64,000 bases of DNA from an uncultured Acetobacteraceae bacterium (GCA_964236105.1 CAXSBC010000003.1:318135-382134), one strand, 5' to 3'. Positions 47,566-60,926 are shown, numbered from the stretch's first letter. Numbers and translations are program-made. The notes: generated by a model not told the origin, from the letters alone.

Positions 47566-48282
47566 ATGTCGGGTCAGTTTTCCGCAGAGAATATCGGTCA
47601 CGGCACCCCCGGCCATACGCCGAAACCGGCGACCGACCGGCAGCCGTCGCAGTTCGCGTTCGATGCGCAGAGCGAGGCCGAGATCGCCGCGGTCGTGGCG
47701 AAGTATCCGCAAGGCCGGCAGGCCAGCGGCGTAATGCCGCTGCTGTACATCGTGCAGAAGCAGATGGCCCGGCAGACCGACAGCGCCTGGGTGCCGCGGG
47801 TGGCGATGGATGCGATCGCCAGGCGTCTCGGCATGCCGCCGATCCGCGTCTACGAGGTCGCCACCTTCTACCTGATGTTCAACACCAAGCCGGTCGGCCG
47901 CTACCATCTGCAGGTCTGCACCACGACGCCGTGCTGGCTGCGCGGCTCGGACGATGTGGTGTCCGCCTGCAAGGCGGCGGCCGGGGTGTCGGCGTTCGAG
48001 GAGACCAGCGCCGATGGCCTGTTCACCATGACCGAGGTCGAGTGCCTCGGCGCCTGCGCCAACGCGCCGATGCTGCAGGTCAACGACGACTATTACGAGG
48101 ATCTGGATGCCGTCCGCACCACAGCCCTGATCGAGGCGCTGAAACGGGGCGAGGTTCCCGAACGGGGGCCGACGATCGATCGCTACAACTCGGCGCCGGT
48201 CGGTGGACGGACGACTTTGCTTGAGGAGGTCGGCACGCGTCATGCCGACGGTCAGCCCGGCACGATGCCGGACACGGTTTGA
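47566..48282 (+). CDS. nuoE: NADH-quinone oxidoreductase subunit E
   Basis: The 2Fe-2S pattern is ...[17 protein letters not shown]...[11 protein letters not shown]... 238 aa. Confidence 0.9.
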   Translation: MSGQFSAENIGHGTPGHTPKPATDRQPSQFAFDAQSEAEIAAVVAKYPQGRQASGVMPLLYIVQKQMARQTDSAWVPRVAMDAIARRLGMPPIRVYEVATFYLMFNTKPVGRYHLQVCTTTPCWLRGSDDVVSACKAAAGVSAFEETSADGLFTMTEVECLGACANAPMLQVNDDYYEDLDAVRTTALIEALKRGEVPERGPTIDRYNSAPVGGRTTLLEEVGTRHADGQPGTMPDTV

Positions 48283-48293
48283 GAAGCGACATC

Positions 48294-49625
<1,332 letters not shown>

Positions 49626-49630
49626 GGGAT

Positions 49631-51688
49631 ATGGCGAGAGTCACCGTCGACGGAACCATCATCGAGGTCGCGAACGGCTCCTCCGTGCTGCAGGCCTGCG
49701 AGGCCGCGGGCAAGGAGATCCCGCGCTTCTGCTATCACGAGCGGCTGTCGATCGCCGGCAACTGCCGGATGTGCCTGGTCGAGATCGAGAAGGCGCCGAA
49801 GCCGGTGGCCTCCTGCGGCTATCCGGTGGCGGACGGCATGGTGGTGAAGACCGACACCGAGGTGGTGCGCCGGGCGCGTCGCGCGGTGATGGAATTCCTG
49901 CTGATCAACCATCCGCTGGACTGCCCGATCTGCGACCAGGGCGGCGAGTGCGACCTGCAGGACCAGGCCTTCTCCTATGGCGCCGATCACTCGCGCTATG
50001 CCGAGAACAAGCGCGCGGTGCAGGACAAGTATCTGGGCCCGCTGGTCAAGACGGTGATGACGCGCTGCATCCAGTGCACGCGCTGCATCCGGTTCGCGTC
50101 CGAGGTGGCCGGGGTGCCCGAGCTCGGCGCCACCTCGCGCGGCGAGAACATGGAGATCACCACCTATGTCGAGAAGGCGCTGACCTCGGAGCTGTCCGGC
50201 AACCTGATCGACATCTGCCCGGTGGGCGCGCTGACCTCAAAGCCCTATGCCTTCGTGGCGCGGCCGTGGGAGCTGAAGAAGACCGACAGCATCGACGTGC
50301 TGGATGCGACGGGCACCAATATCCGCATCCACGCCCGCGGGCCCGAGGTGCTGCGCATCCTGCCGCGCACCAACGACGAGGTGAACGAGGAGTGGATGGC
50401 CGACAAGGGCCGCTTCTCCTTCGACGGCTTCAAGCGCCGCCGGCTGGACCGGCCCTGGGTGCGGGTGCACGGCAAGCTGCATCCTGCGAGCTGGCAGGAG
50501 GCGTTCGTCGCGATCGCGCGCCGGCTCGAGGGCGTCAAGGGCGAGCGGATCGGCGCGGTCGCGGGCGATCTGTGCGACGCCGAGAGCATGGTGGCGCTGA
50601 AGGACCTGATGACCGCGCTGGGCTCGGGCAACCTCGACTGCCGGCAGGACGGCGCGCAGTACGACACCAGCCGGCGCGAGTTCTACACCTTCAACACCGG
50701 CATCGCCGGCATCGAGGAGGCCGACGCGCTGTTGCTCGTCGGCTGCAATCCGCGTCGCGAGTCGCCGGTGATCAACGCGCGCATCCGCAAGCGCTGGCTG
50801 GCTGGGGGCTTCCCGATCGGCGTGATCGCCGCTCCCGGTCCCGACCTCACCTATGAGGTGGAGATGCTCGGTGACCGGCCGTCGGCGCTGACCGGGCTGC
50901 TCGACGGCGGCGTCGGGTTCGCCGAGGTGCTACGCACCGCCAAGCGGCCGATGATCGTGGTCGGGCAGGCCGCCCTGGCGCGCGACGACGCGGCGGCGGT
51001 GCTGGCGGCCGCCTGGAAGCTCGCCGAGCAGGTGGGCGGGCTGACGGCCGAGTGGCACGGCTTCAACGTGCTGCACAACGCGGCATCGCGCGTCGCGGCG
51101 CTGGACCTCGGCTTCGTGCCGCGGGCCGGCGGCCGGTCGATGGCCGGGATGATGAGCGGCGGCGTCGACGTGCTGTGGCTGCTGGGCGCGGACGAGATCG
51201 GCGCCGGCCGGATCGGGCCGGACACGTTCGTGATCTATCAGGGCCACCATGGCGACGCGGGTGCGGCGCGGGCGAACGTGATCCTGCCGGGTGCGACCTA
51301 TGTCGAGAAGTCCGGCACCTATGTGAGCACCGAGGGCCGCGTGCAGCGGGCGTTCCAGGCGATCTTCCCGCCCGGCGAGGCGCGCGAGGACTGGCGCATC
51401 CTGCGTGCCTTCTCCGAGGTGGTGGGTCATACGCTGCCCTATGACGACATCGAGGCGGTCCGCGCCCGGCTGGCGGAGGTCAACCCGGTGTTCGCGCGCC
51501 AGGGCCTGCCGCGCTTCGGGGCGACCGATCTGACAGGGCCGGCGGGCGATCCGGCGGCGGTCGGCCCGGCCGCGTTCGGCAGCGCGATCCACGACTACTA
51601 CCAGACCAACGCGATCAGCCGCGCCAGCCCGACCATGGCCGAGTGCTCGCGCGTCTATGCCCATCCCGTCGTGCAGGCGGCGGAGTAG
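49631..51688 (+). CDS. nuoG: NADH-quinone oxidoreductase subunit G
   Basis: [13 protein letters not shown]... is followed by the cluster motifs [32 protein letters not shown] and [10 protein letters not shown]. 685 aa. Confidence 0.95.
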   Translation: MARVTVDGTIIEVANGSSVLQACEAAGKEIPRFCYHERLSIAGNCRMCLVEIEKAPKPVASCGYPVADGMVVKTDTEVVRRARRAVMEFLLINHPLDCPICDQGGECDLQDQAFSYGADHSRYAENKRAVQDKYLGPLVKTVMTRCIQCTRCIRFASEVAGVPELGATSRGENMEITTYVEKALTSELSGNLIDICPVGALTSKPYAFVARPWELKKTDSIDVLDATGTNIRIHARGPEVLRILPRTNDEVNEEWMADKGRFSFDGFKRRRLDRPWVRVHGKLHPASWQEAFVAIARRLEGVKGERIGAVAGDLCDAESMVALKDLMTALGSGNLDCRQDGAQYDTSRREFYTFNTGIAGIEEADALLLVGCNPRRESPVINARIRKRWLAGGFPIGVIAAPGPDLTYEVEMLGDRPSALTGLLDGGVGFAEVLRTAKRPMIVVGQAALARDDAAAVLAAAWKLAEQVGGLTAEWHGFNVLHNAASRVAALDLGFVPRAGGRSMAGMMSGGVDVLWLLGADEIGAGRIGPDTFVIYQGHHGDAGAARANVILPGATYVEKSGTYVSTEGRVQRAFQAIFPPGEAREDWRILRAFSEVVGHTLPYDDIEAVRARLAEVNPVFARQGLPRFGATDLTGPAGDPAAVGPAAFGSAIHDYYQTNAISRASPTMAECSRVYAHPVVQAAE

Positions 51689-51694
51689 CGCCTG

Positions 51695-52729
51695 GTGAAC
51701 CAGTTCCTCTTCCATACGGTCGCAGGCCTGGTGATCATCACCGTGCTGGAGTGCCTGGCGATCCTGGTGCCGCTGCTGATGGCGGTGGCCTATCTGGTCT
51801 ATGCCGAGCGCAAGGTGCTGGGTGCCATGCAGCTGCGCAAGGGTCCCAACGTGGTCGGGCCGTTCGGGCTGTTCCAGACCTTCGCCGACGCGATCAAGAT
51901 GCTGACCAAGGAGACGGTGATCCCGTCCGGCGCGAACCGGGTGCTCTACCTGTTCGCACCGTTCCTGACCTTCGTGCTGGCGATGATGGCCTGGGCGGTG
52001 ATTCCCACCAACAACGGCTGGGCGATCGCCAACATCAATGTCGGCGTGCTGTATCTGTTCGCGGTCTCGTCGCTGGGCGTCTACGGCATCCTGATCGCCG
52101 GCTGGGCGTCCAACTCCAAGTACGCCTTCATGGGAGGCTTGCGCTCGGCAGCGCAGATGGTGTCGTACGAGGTCTCGCTCGGGCTGGTGATCGTGTCGAT
52201 CCTGCTGATCGTCGGCAGCCTGAACCTCAACGACATCATCCTGGCGCAGCGGCATATCTGGTTCTGCCTGCCGATGCTGCCGATGTTCGTGATCTTCTTC
52301 GTCTCGTCGCTGGCCGAGACCAACCGCGCGCCGTTCGATCTGCCCGAGGGCGAGAGCGAGCTCGTCGCGGGCTTCTTCGTCGAGTACAGCGCGCTTGCGT
52401 TCGGGCTGTTCTTCCTCGGCGAATACATGAACATGATCCTGATGTCGGCGATGACCAGCATCCTGTTCTTAGGGGGATGGCTGGCGCCGTTCGGCATCGC
52501 ACCCTTCACCTGGATCCCAGGCCCGGTCTGGCTGATCCTGAAGATCTGCTTCGTGCTGTTCATGTTCATCTGGGTGCGCGCCACCTTCCCGCGCTACCGC
52601 TACGACCAGCTCATGCGCCTCGGCTGGAAGATCTTCCTGCCCTTCTCGCTGGTCTGGATGATCCTGACCGCGGGCTTCCTCATGGCGACCGGGCTGCTGC
52701 CTGGTCTGCCGCAGAATGGTATCGGCTGA
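51695..52729 (+). CDS. nuoH: NADH-quinone oxidoreductase subunit H
   Basis: GTG start. Conserved blocks are ...[17 protein letters not shown]... and ...[21 protein letters not shown]... 344 aa. Confidence 0.95.
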   Translation: MNQFLFHTVAGLVIITVLECLAILVPLLMAVAYLVYAERKVLGAMQLRKGPNVVGPFGLFQTFADAIKMLTKETVIPSGANRVLYLFAPFLTFVLAMMAWAVIPTNNGWAIANINVGVLYLFAVSSLGVYGILIAGWASNSKYAFMGGLRSAAQMVSYEVSLGLVIVSILLIVGSLNLNDIILAQRHIWFCLPMLPMFVIFFVSSLAETNRAPFDLPEGESELVAGFFVEYSALAFGLFFLGEYMNMILMSAMTSILFLGGWLAPFGIAPFTWIPGPVWLILKICFVLFMFIWVRATFPRYRYDQLMRLGWKIFLPFSLVWMILTAGFLMATGLLPGLPQNGIG

Positions 52730-53217
52730 TGGCCCTGCTCGATCGCACTGCGCGTTCCTTCCTGCTGGCCGAGCTGCTGGGCGGCATGAGCGTCACCCTG
52801 CGCTACATGTTCAAACCCAAGGCCACCATCAACTATCCGCACGAGAAGGCGCATTACAGCCCGCGCTTCAAGGGCGAGCACGCGCTGCGCCGCTATCCGA
52901 ACGGCGAGGAGCGGTGTATCGCCTGCAAGCTGTGCGAGGCCGTGTGTCCGGCCGAGGCGATCACCATCGAGGCGGAGCCGCGCGAGGATGGCTCGCGCCG
53001 CACGACGCGCTACGATATCGACATGACCAAGTGCATCTATTGCGGGCTGTGCGAGGAATCCTGCCCGGTGGATGCCATCGTCGAGGGGCCGAACTACGAG
53101 TTCGCCACCGAGACGCGCGAGGAGCTGATGTACAACAAGGACAAGCTGCTCGCGAACGGCGATCGCTGGGAGACGGTGCTCGCCAGGCGCCTGGAGCAGG
53201 ACGCGCCCTATCGATGA
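52729..53217 (+). CDS. nuoI: NADH-quinone oxidoreductase subunit I
   Basis: The ATG overlaps the nuoH stop. Two ferredoxin motifs are present: [12 protein letters not shown] and [12 protein letters not shown]. 162 aa. Confidence 0.95.
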   Translation: MALLDRTARSFLLAELLGGMSVTLRYMFKPKATINYPHEKAHYSPRFKGEHALRRYPNGEERCIACKLCEAVCPAEAITIEAEPREDGSRRTTRYDIDMTKCIYCGLCEESCPVDAIVEGPNYEFATETREELMYNKDKLLANGDRWETVLARRLEQDAPYR

Positions 53218-53927
53218 TCACCCAGATCGCCTTCTACCTGTTCGCCATCGTGCTGGTGGCGTCGGGCATCATGGTGGTGAGCGCCCGCAATCCGGTGCAT
53301 GCGGTGCTGTTCCTGATCCTGGCCTTCTTCAACGCGGCCGGGCTGTTCCTGATCGCCGGCGCCGAGTTCCTGGCGATGATCCTGATCATCGTCTATGTCG
53401 GCGCCGTCGCCGTGCTGTTCCTGTTCGTGGTCATGATGCTGGACGTGAACTTCAACCAGCTGCGCGAGGGGCTGCAGCGCTACGCGCCGGTGGGTGCCGC
53501 GGTCGGCGTGGCGCTGCTCGCCGAGCTGGTGTTCACGATCGGCCGCTGGAAGCTGATCCCGACCACGGCGCCCGTGGCGCTCGCACCCGGAGCGCCGGTG
53601 CTCAGCAACACCCAGGCGCTGGGACAGGTGATCTATACCGACTACGTGCTGCTGTTCCAGGCTTGCGGGCTGGTGCTGCTGGTGGCGATGATCGGCGCGA
53701 TCGTGCTGACGCTGCGCGAGCGGCCGTCGGCGCGCCGGCAGGATGTGAGCCTGCAGCATCTGCGCACGCCGGCCGACACGATGCAGATGATGACGCTCGG
53801 GCTTGGCGACGGGGTGAGCCAGAGCGGCGGGTTCATCCGGCCGCCCGACGGCTACGGCGCCGTCGCCGCGCACGGCGCCGGCCGCGCGCCGGAAGACCAT
53901 CAAGCCGACTTCCATCACGGAGCCTGA
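53214..53927 (+). CDS. nuoJ: NADH-quinone oxidoreductase subunit J
   Basis: ATGA overlap with nuoI. The block is ...[53 protein letters not shown]... At 237 aa it carries roughly 30 aa more C-terminal tail than I expect for NuoJ. Confidence 0.9.
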   Translation: MITQIAFYLFAIVLVASGIMVVSARNPVHAVLFLILAFFNAAGLFLIAGAEFLAMILIIVYVGAVAVLFLFVVMMLDVNFNQLREGLQRYAPVGAAVGVALLAELVFTIGRWKLIPTTAPVALAPGAPVLSNTQALGQVIYTDYVLLFQACGLVLLVAMIGAIVLTLRERPSARRQDVSLQHLRTPADTMQMMTLGLGDGVSQSGGFIRPPDGYGAVAAHGAGRAPEDHQADFHHGA

Positions 53928-53933
53928 GCGGTC

Positions 53934-54257
53934 ATGTCACATGGGCTCCAGCTGGTCGGCCTCGGGCCGTATCTGACGGTCGGTGCGATCCTGCTGGTGC
54001 TGGGCGTGTTCGGGATTTTCCTGAACCGCAAGAACGTCATCATCATCATGATGTCGATCGAGCTGATCCTGCTGGCCGGCAACCTGAACCTGGTGGCGTT
54101 CTCGGCAGCCCTGGGCGAGCTGTCGGGGCAGGTCTTCACCCTGTTCTCGCTGACCGTGGCGGCAGCCGAGGCCGCGATCGGGCTTGCCATCGTCACCGTG
54201 TATTTCCGCAACCGCGGCTCGATCCAGGTCGAGGACGTGACTCTGATGAAGGGCTGA
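53934..54257 (+). CDS. nuoK: NADH-quinone oxidoreductase subunit K
   Basis: ...[21 protein letters not shown]...[17 protein letters not shown]... 107 aa. Confidence 0.95.
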   Translation: MSHGLQLVGLGPYLTVGAILLVLGVFGIFLNRKNVIIIMMSIELILLAGNLNLVAFSAALGELSGQVFTLFSLTVAAAEAAIGLAIVTVYFRNRGSIQVEDVTLMKG

Positions 54258-54258
54258 G

Positions 54259-56199
54259 ATGCTGTCCGTAGGCCCCCTGTTCGCGCTGGCGGTGTTCGCG
54301 CCGCTGGCGGGTGCCGTGATCGCCGGCCTGTTCGGCCGGGTGATCGGCGATCGCGCGTCGCTCGTCGCCAGCGTGCTGATGATGCTGGTCGCGTCGCTGG
54401 CTGCGATCGGGGCGTTGTGGCTTGGCATCGCCACCGGCTCGCAGACGATCGCCGTGCCGATCTCGACCTGGATCCAGGCGGGCGGCTTCCATGCCAGCTG
54501 GATGCTGCGTTTCGACGCGCTGTCGGCCTCGATGGTCGCCATGGTCACGGTGGTCTCGACGCTGATCCATGTCTACAGCGTCGGCTACATGAACCATGAG
54601 AGCTCGCCGGTTTCTCGCTTCTTCGCCTATCTGTCGCTGTTCACCTTCGCCATGCTGATGCTGGTGAGCTCCGACAACCTGATCCAGCTGTTCTTCGGCT
54701 GGGAGGGCGTCGGGCTGATGAGCTACCTGCTGATCGGCTATTGGTACGACAAGCCGAGCGCTGCCCGGGCGGCGGTCAAGGCGTTCGTGGTCAACCGGGT
54801 TGCCGACCTGTTCTTCATGGTCGGCATCGCGCTGCTGTTCCTGCAGTTCGGCACCGTCGCCTACGACAACATCTTCGCGCTGGTGCCGGCGCATGTCGAC
54901 GCTGCCTACCGGCTGTTCGGCACCGACATGCGGGCATACGAGGTGATCGGCGTGCTGCTGTTCATCGGCGCGATGGGCAAGTCGGCGCAGCTGTTCCTGC
55001 ACACCTGGCTGCCGGATGCGATGGAGGGCCCGACGCCGGTCTCGGCGCTGATCCACGCTGCCACCATGGTGACGGCCGGCGTGTTCCTGATGGCCCGGAT
55101 GTCGCCGCTGATCGAGTTCGCGCCGGTGACCAAGGCGGTGGTGGTGGTGATCGGCGCCAGCACCTGCTTCTTCGCAGCCACCGTCGGGCTGGTGCAGCCC
55201 GACATCAAGCGCACCATCGCCTATTCGACCTGCTCGCAGCTCGGCTACATGTTCATCGCCGCCGGCGTCGGGCTGTATCAGGCCTCGATGTTCCACCTGA
55301 CCACCCATGCCTTCTTCAAGGCGCTGCTGTTCCTGAGCGCCGGCTCGGTGATCCACGCGCTTGCCGGCGAGCAGGACATGTTCAAGATGGGTGGGCTGTG
55401 GCGGAAGCTTCCGATCACCTACGGCGCCATGTGGTGCGGCTCGCTGGCGCTGGCCGGCATCCCGCCCTTCTCCGGCTGGTGGTCCAAGGACGCGATCATC
55501 GACGGGGCGTGGGTCGCCGGCGGCATCGGCCTCTATGGCTGGCTGCTGGGGGTGGTGACGGCCTTCATTACGGCACTTTATAGTTGGCGGCTGCTGTTCC
55601 TGGTGTTCCACGGCGCGCCGCGCGACGCCAGGCTGGCGGCGGGCGCGCATGAGAGTCCGCCGATCATCACCGGGCCGCTGATCCTGCTGGCGATCGGCGC
55701 GGTGTTCTCCGGCTGGCTGCTCTATCCGGCCTATGTCGGTGCCGGCCAGGCGGCATTCTGGAACGGCTCGATCTTCAACGGCCAGGACAACCACGTGCTG
55801 TCGCGGCTCGAGAGCCTGCCGCTGCTGATCACGCTGGTGCCGACGGTCGCGGCCCTGGCCGGCGCGGCGGTCGCCTGGTTCTGCTACATGGCGCGGCCGG
55901 CGATCCCGGCTCTGCTGGCGGCGCGGTTCCGGCCGCTCTATCTGTTCCTGCTGAACAAGTGGTATTTCGATGAGCTGTATGACGCGGTGTTCGTGCGCCC
56001 CTACCGGGCGCTGGCGCGCGGGCTCTGGCATGTCGGCGACGAGACGCTGATCGACGGCGTGCCGAACGGCCTGGCGCGGCTGACCGCCGGCGGCTCGGTG
56101 CAGCTGGTGCGGCTGCAGACCGGATCGATCGCGGTCTATGCCTTCACCATGCTGCTCGGGCTGCTGACGCTGACCTCGATCTTCCTGATCTTCCAATGA
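54259..56199 (+). CDS. nuoL: NADH-quinone oxidoreductase subunit L
   Basis: The NuoL-specific blocks are FFGWEGVGLMSYLLIGYWY and FLHTWLPDAMEGPTPVSALIHAATMVTAG. 646 aa. Confidence 0.95.
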   Translation: MLSVGPLFALAVFAPLAGAVIAGLFGRVIGDRASLVASVLMMLVASLAAIGALWLGIATGSQTIAVPISTWIQAGGFHASWMLRFDALSASMVAMVTVVSTLIHVYSVGYMNHESSPVSRFFAYLSLFTFAMLMLVSSDNLIQLFFGWEGVGLMSYLLIGYWYDKPSAARAAVKAFVVNRVADLFFMVGIALLFLQFGTVAYDNIFALVPAHVDAAYRLFGTDMRAYEVIGVLLFIGAMGKSAQLFLHTWLPDAMEGPTPVSALIHAATMVTAGVFLMARMSPLIEFAPVTKAVVVVIGASTCFFAATVGLVQPDIKRTIAYSTCSQLGYMFIAAGVGLYQASMFHLTTHAFFKALLFLSAGSVIHALAGEQDMFKMGGLWRKLPITYGAMWCGSLALAGIPPFSGWWSKDAIIDGAWVAGGIGLYGWLLGVVTAFITALYSWRLLFLVFHGAPRDARLAAGAHESPPIITGPLILLAIGAVFSGWLLYPAYVGAGQAAFWNGSIFNGQDNHVLSRLESLPLLITLVPTVAALAGAAVAWFCYMARPAIPALLAARFRPLYLFLLNKWYFDELYDAVFVRPYRALARGLWHVGDETLIDGVPNGLARLTAGGSVQLVRLQTGSIAVYAFTMLLGLLTLTSIFLIFQ

Positions 56200-57638
56200 T
56201 CGAGCACGCGATGATCAACTGGACGCTTGCCCTGCCGGAGATCGTGCTGTCGGTCTGCGGCCTCGCCATCCTGGTGTTCGGGGTGGTGCAGAAGCAACGC
56301 GAGCCCAGCTTCTCCTGCACGGTGCTGACCCTGGCGGCGTTCCTGATCGCCGCCGTGCTGGTGATCCAGGCGCCGTCGGGGGCCGGCTATCGCGGCACCT
56401 TCGTCAATGACGGCTTCGCGCGCTTCATGAAGATCCTGAGCCTGGCCGGGGCGGCGCTGAGCATCCTGCTGTCGCTCGACTACAACGTGCGGCAGAAGGT
56501 GGACCGGTTCGAGTTCCCGGTGCTGGTGCTGTTCGCGACCGTCGGCACCATGCTGATGGCGTCGTCGGAGAACCTGATGACGCTGTATGTCGGGCTCGAG
56601 CTGCAGAGCCTGGCGATCTACATCCTGTGCGCCTTCGCCCGCGACGAGCTGACCTCGGCGGAGGCCGGCCTGAAGTATTTCGTGCTGGGCTCGCTCGCGT
56701 CGGGGCTGCTGCTCTACGGCATCTCGCTGGTCTACGGCTTTGCCGGCACCATGGAGTATGTCGGGCTGAAGACGGCGCTGATCGGCGGCGCCGCGGTGCC
56801 GGCGGGCCTGGTCATCGGCATCGTGTTCGTGTTCGTGGGCCTGGCCTTCAAGCTGTCGGCGGCGCCGTTCCACATGTGGACGCCCGACGTGTATCAGGGT
56901 GCGCCGACCTCGGTCACCGCCTTCATGGCAGGTGCGCCCAAGGTCGCGGCGTTCGCGCTGCTGCTGCGGGTGATGGCGGGTCCGTTCGGGCATCTGACCC
57001 ATCAGTGGCAGCTGCTGGTCGAGCTGGTGGCGATCTGCACCATGGTGGTCGGCTCGCTGGCGGCGATCCCGCAGACCAACATCAAGCGCCTGATGGCATA
57101 CTCGTCGATCGGCCACATGGGCTACGCGATGATCGGCGTCGCGGTCGGCACCCCGGAAGGCGCGCGCGGCACGCTGGTCTATCTGGCCACCTACCTGTTC
57201 ATGACCGTCGGCGTGTTCTCCTGCATCATCGCCATGCGCCGCAACGGCCGTCCGCTCGACCGGATCAGCGATCTCGCCGGCCTGTCGCGCACGAGCCCGA
57301 TGCTGGCGCTGGCGATGGCGGTGTTCATGTTCAGCATGGCGGGCGTGCCGCCGCTGTCGGGCTTCTTCGGCAAGCTGCTGGTGTTCGCGGCCGCCGTGCA
57401 GTCCGGGCTGTGGACGCTCGCGGTAATCGGCATCCTCACCAGCATCGTCGGACTGTACTACTACTGGCGGGTGGTGAAGGTGATGTATCTCGACCAGCCG
57501 GAGCAGGCGTTCGATCGCCGGCCGCCGTCACTGTCCTACGTGACTGGCGCGATGGGGCTGCTGACCGCCCTGTTCCTGCTGGTGCTGGGGCCCGTCGTTG
57601 GAGCAGCGCAGGCGGCAGCCGCTGTTCTGTTCAGGTGA
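56196..57638 (+). CDS. nuoN: NADH-quinone oxidoreductase subunit N
   Basis: ATGA overlap with the nuoL stop, 480 aa. The NuoN-type blocks are YVGLELQSLAIYILCAF...EAGLKYFVLGSLASGLLLYG and FKLSAAPFHMWTPDVYQGAPTSVTAFMAGAPKVAAF. These are not the NuoM pattern. Confidence 0.9.
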   Translation: MIEHAMINWTLALPEIVLSVCGLAILVFGVVQKQREPSFSCTVLTLAAFLIAAVLVIQAPSGAGYRGTFVNDGFARFMKILSLAGAALSILLSLDYNVRQKVDRFEFPVLVLFATVGTMLMASSENLMTLYVGLELQSLAIYILCAFARDELTSAEAGLKYFVLGSLASGLLLYGISLVYGFAGTMEYVGLKTALIGGAAVPAGLVIGIVFVFVGLAFKLSAAPFHMWTPDVYQGAPTSVTAFMAGAPKVAAFALLLRVMAGPFGHLTHQWQLLVELVAICTMVVGSLAAIPQTNIKRLMAYSSIGHMGYAMIGVAVGTPEGARGTLVYLATYLFMTVGVFSCIIAMRRNGRPLDRISDLAGLSRTSPMLALAMAVFMFSMAGVPPLSGFFGKLLVFAAAVQSGLWTLAVIGILTSIVGLYYYWRVVKVMYLDQPEQAFDRRPPSLSYVTGAMGLLTALFLLVLGPVVGAAQAAAAVLFR

Positions 57639-57654
57639 CGTTTCTGGACGCAGG

Positions 57655-58413
57655 GTGACCGACATCGTCGTCAGCGACCGCGCAGGCTGGCGTCTGCAGA
57701 TCCATGACAGCCTGCCCTCGACGTCGGACTTCTGCATCGCCAGAGCCGAAGCGGGTGAAGCCGATGGCCTCGCCGTGCTGGCCCGGCGTCAGACGCGGGC
57801 CCGTGGCAGTCGTGGCCGCTCCTGGATCGAGCCGCCGGCGGGCAATCTCGCCATCTCGGTGCTGTTGCGGCCGGAGGGGGCGCTGGAGCAGCCGGCGCTC
57901 TGGCCGCTGCTGGCGGGGCTCGCCTTGCATCAGGCGCTGTCCCACGATCGGGAGCGGGATACGGCGCTGACGCTCAAATGGCCGAACGACGTGCTGCTGG
58001 GCGCGCGCAAGCTTGCCGGGATCCTGGTCGAGCGCGGCACCGGCGGCGGACGGGATTGGCTGGTGATCGGGTTCGGCGCGAACCTGTCGGCGGCGCCGCG
58101 CCTCGCCGACCGCGAGGCGGCCTGCCTGGCGGAACTCGGACCGCCGCCGACGCCTGAGCAGGTGGCGCCGCGGTTGCTGGACGCTCTTGCCGACTGGCGT
58201 CTGGTGTGGCTGCAGGGCGGCCTGGCCGCGATCCGGACGGCCTGGCTCGCCTGCGCGCAACCACCGGGAACCTCGATCTCGGCCATGGTGCGCGGCCTGC
58301 GCCGGACCGGCAGCTTTGCCGGATTGGCGTCCGACGGCGCCTTGCTGCTCCGGATCGACGAGTGCCTGGAACGGGTCGATGCCGGCGAGATCCTGCTGCC
58401 GGAGGGAAGCTGA
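57655..58413 (+). CDS. birA: Biotin--[acetyl-CoA-carboxylase] ligase
   Basis: GTG start at 57655. The blocks are ...[12 protein letters not shown]... (GRGRxW-type biotin loop) and ...[20 protein letters not shown]... 252 aa with no N-terminal HTH domain. Confidence 0.8.
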   Translation: MTDIVVSDRAGWRLQIHDSLPSTSDFCIARAEAGEADGLAVLARRQTRARGSRGRSWIEPPAGNLAISVLLRPEGALEQPALWPLLAGLALHQALSHDRERDTALTLKWPNDVLLGARKLAGILVERGTGGGRDWLVIGFGANLSAAPRLADREAACLAELGPPPTPEQVAPRLLDALADWRLVWLQGGLAAIRTAWLACAQPPGTSISAMVRGLRRTGSFAGLASDGALLLRIDECLERVDAGEILLPEGS

Positions 58414-58418
58414 CCGCG

Positions 58419-59228
58419 ATGCTGCTTGTGGTCGATGCCGGAAATACCAATATCGTGTTTGCCGTCCATGATGGATCGTCGTGGCGGGGCATCTGGCGCA
58501 TTTCCACCGACATCCAGCGGACCTCGGACGAGTATGCCGTCTGGCTGTTGACGCTGTTGAACCATGAGGGGCTGACGCCAGGGCAGATCGACCGTACCGT
58601 GATTGGCACCGTGGTTCCGGCGGCACTCTATCATCTTCGGCGGCTGAGCCGGGACTGGTTCAGGACCGAGCCGCTGATCGCCAATCCGACCCTGAACTGG
58701 GGTTTCCAAATCAGGATGGACCAGCCGTCGGAAGTTGGCGTAGACCGGCTTCTGAACGGTCTTGCGGCACACCGGCTCTATGGCGGGCCGGTGATCATCA
58801 TCGATTTCGGCACCGCGACGACGTTCGATGTCGTCGATGCCGCAGGAGACTATAACGGCGGCGCCATCGCGCCCGGGATCAATCTCTCGATCGAGGCGTT
58901 GCACCAGGCGGCGGCGCGGCTGCCGCGTATCGCGATCGGGCGGCCGAAGGCGGTGATCGGGCGCGGCACCGTGGCCGCGATGCGCTCGGGGATCTTCTGG
59001 GGCTATATCGGTCTCGTCGAGGGACTCGTGGCGCGCATCAGGGCCGAGTTCGGGGCCCCCATGAAGGTCGTGGGCACGGGCGGGCTGGCGCCGCTGCTGG
59101 CCGAAGGGACCGACATCATCGAACGGATCGATCCGGAGCTCACGCTCGAGGGTCTCCGCATTCTCGCGGGGCGCAATCCCCACCCTCAGCTCTCAAACGA
59201 CAAGACACGAATGATCGAAGGCGACTGA
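58419..59228 (+). CDS. coaX: Type III pantothenate kinase
   Basis: [16 protein letters not shown]... followed by ...[14 protein letters not shown]... and ...GGLA... 269 aa. Confidence 0.9.
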   Translation: MLLVVDAGNTNIVFAVHDGSSWRGIWRISTDIQRTSDEYAVWLLTLLNHEGLTPGQIDRTVIGTVVPAALYHLRRLSRDWFRTEPLIANPTLNWGFQIRMDQPSEVGVDRLLNGLAAHRLYGGPVIIIDFGTATTFDVVDAAGDYNGGAIAPGINLSIEALHQAAARLPRIAIGRPKAVIGRGTVAAMRSGIFWGYIGLVEGLVARIRAEFGAPMKVVGTGGLAPLLAEGTDIIERIDPELTLEGLRILAGRNPHPQLSNDKTRMIEGD

Positions 59229-60874
59229 TGACTGAATTGAACGAAGGTCTGGCGTTCCTGCCCCTGGGCGGGACCGGCGAGATCGGCATGAACCTCAACC
59301 TGTACCGCTGCGACGAGACCTGGCTCGCGGTGGATTGCGGCATCGGCTTCGGCGGCAGCGACACGCCGGAGGCGGAGATCCTGATGCCCGATCCCGCCTT
59401 CATCGTCGAGCGGCGCGGCGCGCTGATCGGGCTGGTGATCACCCATGCGCACGAGGACCATCTCGGTGCGGTGGCGCATCTCTGGCCGCAGTTGCGCTGC
59501 CCGGTCTATGCGACGCCCTTCGCGGCCGCGGTGCTGCGACGCAAGCTCGGCGAGGCACAGCTGCTCGGACAGGTGCCGCTGCATGTAATCCCGACGAACG
59601 GGCGCTTCGAGCTTGGGCCCTATAAGCTCGAGTTCCTGCAGATGACGCATTCGGTGCCCGAGGCGCAGGCGCTGGTGCTGCGTACGCCTTACGGCACCGT
59701 GCTGCATAGCGGCGACTGGAAGCTCGATCCGAACCCGCTGGTGGGACCTCCCACCAATCTCGAGGCCTTCGCGGCCCTCGGCCGGGAAGGGGTGCTGGCC
59801 ATGGTCTGCGACAGCACCAATGCCATGGTGGAGGGCGAGTCGGGTTCGGAGAGCGACGTGCGCCGCAGCCTGGCGACGCTGATCCGCAGCATACGCGGCC
59901 GCGTCGCCGTCACCTGCTTTGCCAGCAACGTGGCCCGGGTCGAGAGCATCGCCCTGGCGGCCGAGGCCGCCGGCCGCTCGGTGGTGATCGTCGGACGCTC
60001 CTTGCGCAACCTCGATGTCGCGGCGCGGGAGTGCGGATACCTGCGCGACGTGCCGGAGTTCCTGTCCGAGCAGGATGCGGAAGACGTCCCCGACGACAAC
60101 CTGCTGATGATCGTCACCGGCAGCCAGGGCGAGCCGCGCAGCGCGCTGTCGCGGATCGCCGGCGACACGCACCAGAACATCTCGCTCGGCGAGGGCGACA
60201 CCGTGGTCTATTCGAGCCGGATGATCCCGGGCAACGAGCGGGCGGTGATGGCGGTGCAGGACAGCCTGGTCCGCCGCGGCGTTCGCGTGCTGACCGACCG
60301 CGACCACAGCGTGCACGTGTCCGGTCACGCCTCCCGTGACGAGATACGCCGGCTCTACGGGCTGGTGAAGCCGCGCTTCGCGGTGCCGACGCATGGCGAG
60401 TGGCGGCATCTGACCGCGCATGCCGAGCTCGCGCGCGAGGAGGGCGTCACGCCGATGCTGCTGGAGGATGGCGACATCCTGAACCTGTCGCCCGGTCGGG
60501 TGGAGGTGGTGGATAGCGCGCCCAGCGGTCGGCTGGCGCTCGACGGCAACCGCATCCTGCCGATGAATGGCGGCGTGCTCGCCGCACGGCGGAAGATGCT
60601 GTTCAACGGGATGGTGCTTGCGAGCCTGGTCGTGGACGGTGGCGGCCGGCTGGTCGGCAAGCCGATGCTGAGCGCGCCGGGCCTGTTCGACGGCGACGAT
60701 GTCGAGGCGATGCGGGTGACCGGGGCGTTCGCGGCGGGTCTTGCGGACATCCCACCCGGGATACGCCAGGACGAGGACGGCTTCCGCGACGCGGCCAAGG
60801 CGGCCCTGCGCCGGGCGCTCGGCCGCAAGCTGCAGAAGCGGCCGCTCGTGGACGTGCATCTGATGCGGGTCTAG
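59228..60874 (+). CDS. rnj: Ribonuclease J (MBL/beta-CASP)
   Basis: The ATG overlaps the coaX stop by 1 nt. The blocks are ...[13 protein letters not shown]..., [12 protein letters not shown] and the beta-CASP region ...[11 protein letters not shown]... 548 aa. Confidence 0.85.
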   Translation: MTELNEGLAFLPLGGTGEIGMNLNLYRCDETWLAVDCGIGFGGSDTPEAEILMPDPAFIVERRGALIGLVITHAHEDHLGAVAHLWPQLRCPVYATPFAAAVLRRKLGEAQLLGQVPLHVIPTNGRFELGPYKLEFLQMTHSVPEAQALVLRTPYGTVLHSGDWKLDPNPLVGPPTNLEAFAALGREGVLAMVCDSTNAMVEGESGSESDVRRSLATLIRSIRGRVAVTCFASNVARVESIALAAEAAGRSVVIVGRSLRNLDVAARECGYLRDVPEFLSEQDAEDVPDDNLLMIVTGSQGEPRSALSRIAGDTHQNISLGEGDTVVYSSRMIPGNERAVMAVQDSLVRRGVRVLTDRDHSVHVSGHASRDEIRRLYGLVKPRFAVPTHGEWRHLTAHAELAREEGVTPMLLEDGDILNLSPGRVEVVDSAPSGRLALDGNRILPMNGGVLAARRKMLFNGMVLASLVVDGGGRLVGKPMLSAPGLFDGDDVEAMRVTGAFAAGLADIPPGIRQDEDGFRDAAKAALRRALGRKLQKRPLVDVHLMRV

Positions 60875-60886
60875 CTCGGCGGCTGG

Positions 60887-60923
60887 TCTGCCTGCCGCTG
60901 GTGTTGTGGCAGGCAGAGGGTTT
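60887..60923 (+). terminator. Probable rho-independent terminator of rnj
   Basis: TCTGCCTGCC-(11 nt)-GGCAGGCAGA is a perfect 10-bp stem followed by GGGTTTG. It starts 13 nt after the rnj stop. Confidence 0.55.
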
Positions 60924-60926
60924 GCA

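Noticed and set aside
56196-57638. Calling the gene after nuoL nuoM (by position), or nuoM being fused into nuoL.
   Set aside because: The product has NuoN-specific blocks (LELQSL, PFHMWTPDVYQGAP) and lacks the NuoM-type WLPxAHVEAP wording. NuoL has a normal length of 646 aa, so there is no fusion.
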